DNA of 57,202 nucleotides from Tubiluchus corallicola (taxonomy: Eukaryota > Animalia > Priapulida), in contig JAQGDQ010001178.1 of the NCBI GenBank assembly GCA_030141605.1, positions 1 to 57,202 of the forward strand, written 5' to 3'. Below the pieces are notes generated by a model that was not told the DNA's origin, made no database searches, and saw nothing but the letters and a program-made list of their open reading frames with translations. Position numbers and translations under genes: made by a program. Of this stretch, positions 52,770 through 57,202 are shown in pieces; within the stretch, counting starts at the first letter, position 1, and every line of letters begins with the position of its first letter.

Positions 52770-54809
52770 ATGGATGTAGACAATTTAGCAAACAATATGG
52801 CTGATGTAAAATTAAGTAAGTAACTATTAATTATAACTAAGCTTAGGAGGGCGCATAATTGTCTATTTTAATTTATAATGTTGTTATTAAGTGTTGAATA
52901 AGTTGGGTTGTTATTCGCAAATTCTAGTTTTTAACGGAAGTGGTGCTGACAAGCCTCTGGCTTAGCAGCGTCTAGTTTTTTTGCTGGATACTGCTGCTAA
53001 CATTTACCTGTCTGAAGGCAGATTTCTTTTATTTTAGAATTCTGCCTGCCCAATGTCTACAATAGACGTGACGGGCGTATGATGATAATGATGAGTTTTT
53101 TATATATATCAGCTATATAGTTTCTTTTCTGTATTAGGTCTACAAAGTTAGAACTATCTTGATTTCAATCATTGGGCGCTATTACACTTTCGCACCGCCT
53201 AGTTTTTTTTGGCCTATTGGTTGTTTCCACACCTGCAGGCCAGAAAGCAGACCAACAGGCGTAATATACACCATATTCCCATAATATTATTGGTTCTTAG
53301 ACCTTATAATTCCAGATTAAGATCATACATTACTTACCGCCACCATCACGCAAAAAGCTCCACGTGAATAACCGTGTTTACACCACTAATGCGCAATCGC
53401 TCTCGCGCAGTGACGATATGGCCCTTAACATGTATTTTTAGTTTCTTCGCATACTTTATGATTATTAGGGTTGCAGCCACGGGAGTTTGTATCGCGGGTG
53501 GGCCTGGAACGGAACAGTTATATTCTCATTAATTTTATTTATTACTGTAGTATTATTACTATTAGATTATAAAAAAAGTAAAGGTTTTTTCTTTATTTCG
53601 TAAATGCGATCAAGATGAAAGTGCGTCACGTGCCTTTTAAGCTAGGCCCTGATAATGCATAAACTAGTACGAAATTCGTCACGTGACTACACACACAAGC
53701 AAGATGGCGATACGAACTGTATCGGTGTAGAACTGTGAATACAGCGTAATTATTGGTAATTATACCTAAATATATGATTAAATTACCACGAGATTAGCGG
53801 AAACATTCACTGATGACATGAGAATAATAGAATAATGACCTACGAGCCTAGAAACGAGTAATAACCTAGAAAAAACTAGGCGGTGCGAAAGTGTAATAGC
53901 GCCCAATCATTGTCATGTAACAGTTGCAGGAAATGACGCCTGTGACTGTGAGCATGCAGTCAAGCACCTGCTAATTTGCTAAATATCATGACTCAGATTA
54001 TCATGAAACGGGTGCACTTTAGGTGATAAATGTATTGTAAGATGCATTACAATTTATTAATTTTATTTATTACTGTAGTATTATTACTATTAGATTATAA
54101 AAAAAGTAAAGGTTTTTTCTTTATTTCGTAAATGCGATCAAGATGAAAGTGCGTCACGTGCCTTTTAAGCTAGGCCCTGATAATGCATAAACTAGTACGA
54201 AATTCGTCACGTGACTACACACACAAGCAAGATGGCGATACGAACTGTATCGGTGTAGAACTGTGAATACAGCGTAATTATTGGTAATTATACCTAAATA
54301 TATGATTAAATTACCACGAGATTAGCGGAAACATTCACTGATGACATGAGAATAATAGAATAATGACCTACGAGCCTAGAAACGAGTAATAACCTAGAAA
54401 AAACTAGGCGGTGCGAAAGTGTAATAGCGCCCAATCATTGTCATGTAACAGTTGCAGGAAATGACGCCTGTGACTGTGAGCATGCAGTCAAGCACCTGCT
54501 AATTTGCTAAATATCATGACTCAGATTATCATGAAACGGGTGCACTTTAGGTGATAAATGTATTGTAAGATGCATTAATACATCGATGTACCATTACAGA
54601 CCTGCTCAGATATCGTCTTATATGTTTTGCGTTAATTAATTTTCGGTTTAAATTTGTTTAATTGGTAGTTACAGCTAAAACATCATTGAATCTTTTAAAA
54701 ATATAGCTATGTGTTATGACTAGGTAAAGCTGTGTATACATCTGAGACGCACGGATGTGACAAGAAGGGGGATGGTTCGGAACAGAATCCGTACAAATCT
54801 GTGCTGCAT
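52770..54809 (+). CDS. NARS1: Cytosolic asparaginyl-tRNA synthetase, first coding exons 52770-52815 and 54724-54809; continues beyond the window
   Basis: Spliced (phase 1) MDVDNLANNMADVKLSKAVYTSETHGCDKKGDGSEQNPYKSVLH matches the eukaryotic AsnRS N-terminal extension (cf. LYVSDREGSDATGDGTKEKPFKT); donors gtaagt and gtaaga. Confidence 0.8.
53175..53903. mobile_element. Mutator (MULE)-like MITE, 9-bp target-site duplication caatcattg
   Basis: Perfect TIR of over 30 bp, ggcgctattacactttcgcaccgcctagttttt, flanked by caatcattg on both sides. Confidence 0.85.
53528..54576. repeat. Near-perfect tandem duplication, 528-bp period
   Basis: About 53528-54048 is repeated at about 54056-54576. Confidence 0.9.
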
Positions 54810-55194
54810 GTAAGAATTTACATATGTACAAACTATTTTTTTATGTATGCAGAAATTTTAACAAAGCAGCAAATGCTTAACCCAATATTCTTTTGTGTAA
54901 GTATTAAAAATTTTTGCACACTCCCTCCCACTACAAAGACAATTAATCCTTTCACCATGGAAGGCGGCACACTGCCGCCTATGTTTTTCTTGCAAGGGAC
55001 GGAAGGCGGTAGGCTGCCATCCGAGCTCAGCACTAAGCTCAGTCACCTAGGTCTGTTTATTTCACTGCTACGGCCATGTAAAAACATTGTAGGAAAGTTT
55101 AACAGCCGTGGGATTGGGGTTGCTTCCCAACAAGTAATGCTAACCAGCCAATCACAGCATCTGAAGCCAGGTGCATTCCACAATACATGGTACC

Positions 55195-57202
55195 ATCATT
55201 AAATTACATAGCAAAAATTTTTAACTTTTGTTCTGCACACGTTAAACTGTCTCTGCATACGTGTGCTTAACTCTTTCATCATTAAATTACATAGCAAAAA
55301 TTTTTAACTTTTGTTCTGCACACGTTAAACTGTCTCTGCATACGTGTGCTTAACTCTTTCATCATTAAATTACATAGCAAAAATTTTTAACGTTTGTTCT
55401 GCACACGTTAAACTGTCTCTGCATACGTGTGCTTAACTCTTTCATCATTAAATTACATAGCAAAATTTTTTAACGTTTGTTCTGCACACTTTAAACTGTC
55501 TCTGCATACGTGTGCTTAACCCTTTCATCACTAAATTACATAGCAAAAATTTTTAACTTTTGTTCTGCAAACTTAAACTGTCTCTGCATACGTGTGCTTA
55601 ACACTTTCATCATTAAATTACATAGCAAAAATTTTTAACTTTTGTTCTGCACACGTTAAACTGTCTCTGCATACGTGTGCTTAACTCTTTCATCATTAAA
55701 TTACATAGCAAAAATTTTTAACTTTTGTTCTGCAAACTTAAACTGTCTCTGCATACGTGTGCTTAACACTTTCATCATTAAATTACATAGCAAAAATTTT
55801 TAACTTTTGTTCTGCACACGTTAAACTGTCTCTGCATACGTGTGCTTAACTCTTTCATCATTAAATTACATAGCAAAAATTTTTAACTTTTGTTCTGCAC
55901 ACGTTAAACTGTCTCTGCATACGTGTGCTTAACTCTTTCATCATTAAATTACATAGCAAAAATTTTTAACTTTTGTTCTGCACACGTTAAACTGTCTCTG
56001 CATACGTGTGCTTAACACTTTCATCATTAAATTACATAGCAAAAATTTTTAACTTTTGTTCTGCACACGTTAAACTGTCTCTGCATACGTGTGCTTAACA
56101 CTTTCATCATTAAATTACATAGCAAAAATTTTTAACTTTTGTTCTGCAAACTTAAACTGTCTCTGCATACGTGTGCTTAACTCTTTCATCATTAAATTAC
56201 ATAGCAAAAATTTTTAACTTTTGTTCTGCACACGTTAAACTGTCTCTGCATACGTGTGCTTAACACTTTCATCATTAAATTACATAGCAAAAATTTTTAA
56301 CTTTTGTTCTGCACACGTTAAACTGTCTCTGCATACGTGTGCTTAACTCTTTCATCATTAAATTACATAGCAAAAATTTTTAACGTTTGTTCTGCACACT
56401 TAAACTGTCTCTGCATACGTGTGCTTAACACTTTCATCATTAAATTACATAGCAAAAATTTTTAACTTTTGTTCTGCACACTTAAACTGTCTCTGCATAC
56501 GTGTGCTTAACCCTTTCATCATTAAATTACATAGCAAAAATTTTTAACTTTTGTTCTGCAAACTTAAACTGTCTCTTCATACGTGTGCTTAACTCTTTCA
56601 TCATTAAATTACATAGCAAAAATTTTTAACTTTTGTTCTGCAAACTTAAACTGTCTCTGCATACGTGTGCTTAACACTTTCATCATTAAATTACATAGCA
56701 AAAATTTTCCTGTTTGTTCAGCACACTTAAACTGTCTCTGCATACGTGTCCTTAACCCTTTCATCATTAAATTACATAGCAAAAATTTTTAACTTTTGTT
56801 CAGCAAACTTAAACTGTCTCTGCATACGTGTGCTTAACTCTTTCATCACTAAATTACATAGAAAATTTTTAACTTTTGTTCTGCACACGTTAAACTGTCT
56901 CTGCATACGTGTGCTTAACACTTTCATCATTAAATTACATAGCAAAAATTTTTAACTTTTGTTCAGCACACTTAAACTGTCTCTGCATACGTGTGCTTAA
57001 CTCTTTCATCACTAAATTACATAGCAAAAATTTTTAACTTTTGTTCTGCAAACTTAAACTGTCTCTGCATACGTGTGCTTAACTCTTTCATCACTAAATT
57101 ACATAGCAAAAATTTTTAACTTTTGTTCTGCAAACTTAAACTGTCTCTGCATACGTGTGCTTAACCCTTTCATCATTAAATTACATAGCAAAAATTTTTA
57201 AC
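55195..57202. repeat. 82-83 bp intronic satellite, about 24 copies, running off the window
   Basis: Unit catcattaaattacatagcaaaaatttttaacttttgttctgcacacgttaaactgtctctgcatacgtgtgcttaactcttt. Confidence 0.97.

Noticed and set aside
54810-55202. Remainder of the 156-aa ORF as NARS1 coding sequence
   Set aside because: Similarity ends at the gtaaga donor at 54810; the rest is intron read-through.

Overview
AT-rich, repeat-dense eukaryotic (most likely invertebrate animal) genomic window; nearly all ORFs in the supplied track are spurious. Splicing by hand through GT-AG sites with consistent phases gives four genes: (1) the 5' part of an unrecognised minus-strand gene with two divergent C2HC (MYT1/KAT7-type) zinc-finger-like motifs right at its N-terminus, preceded by tiny 5'UTR exons; (2) a complete 3-coding-exon FAM210A-like (DUF1279) gene on the minus strand; (3) a divergently transcribed, about 1255 aa, 18-coding-exon tastin/TROAP-like gene with internal exon duplications and a 12 x 12-aa coding minisatellite; (4) the first two coding exons of cytosolic asparaginyl-tRNA synthetase (NARS1). 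Introns and intergenic DNA hold a 5S rRNA-headed SINE with an RTE-derived tail (plus two related copies), a decayed APE-RT LINE with a degenerate 2A-like motif, many MITEs with different target-site duplications (TA, TTAA, TATA, 6, 8 and 9 bp), and many mini- and microsatellites. All homology calls come from recalled motifs, not database searches.
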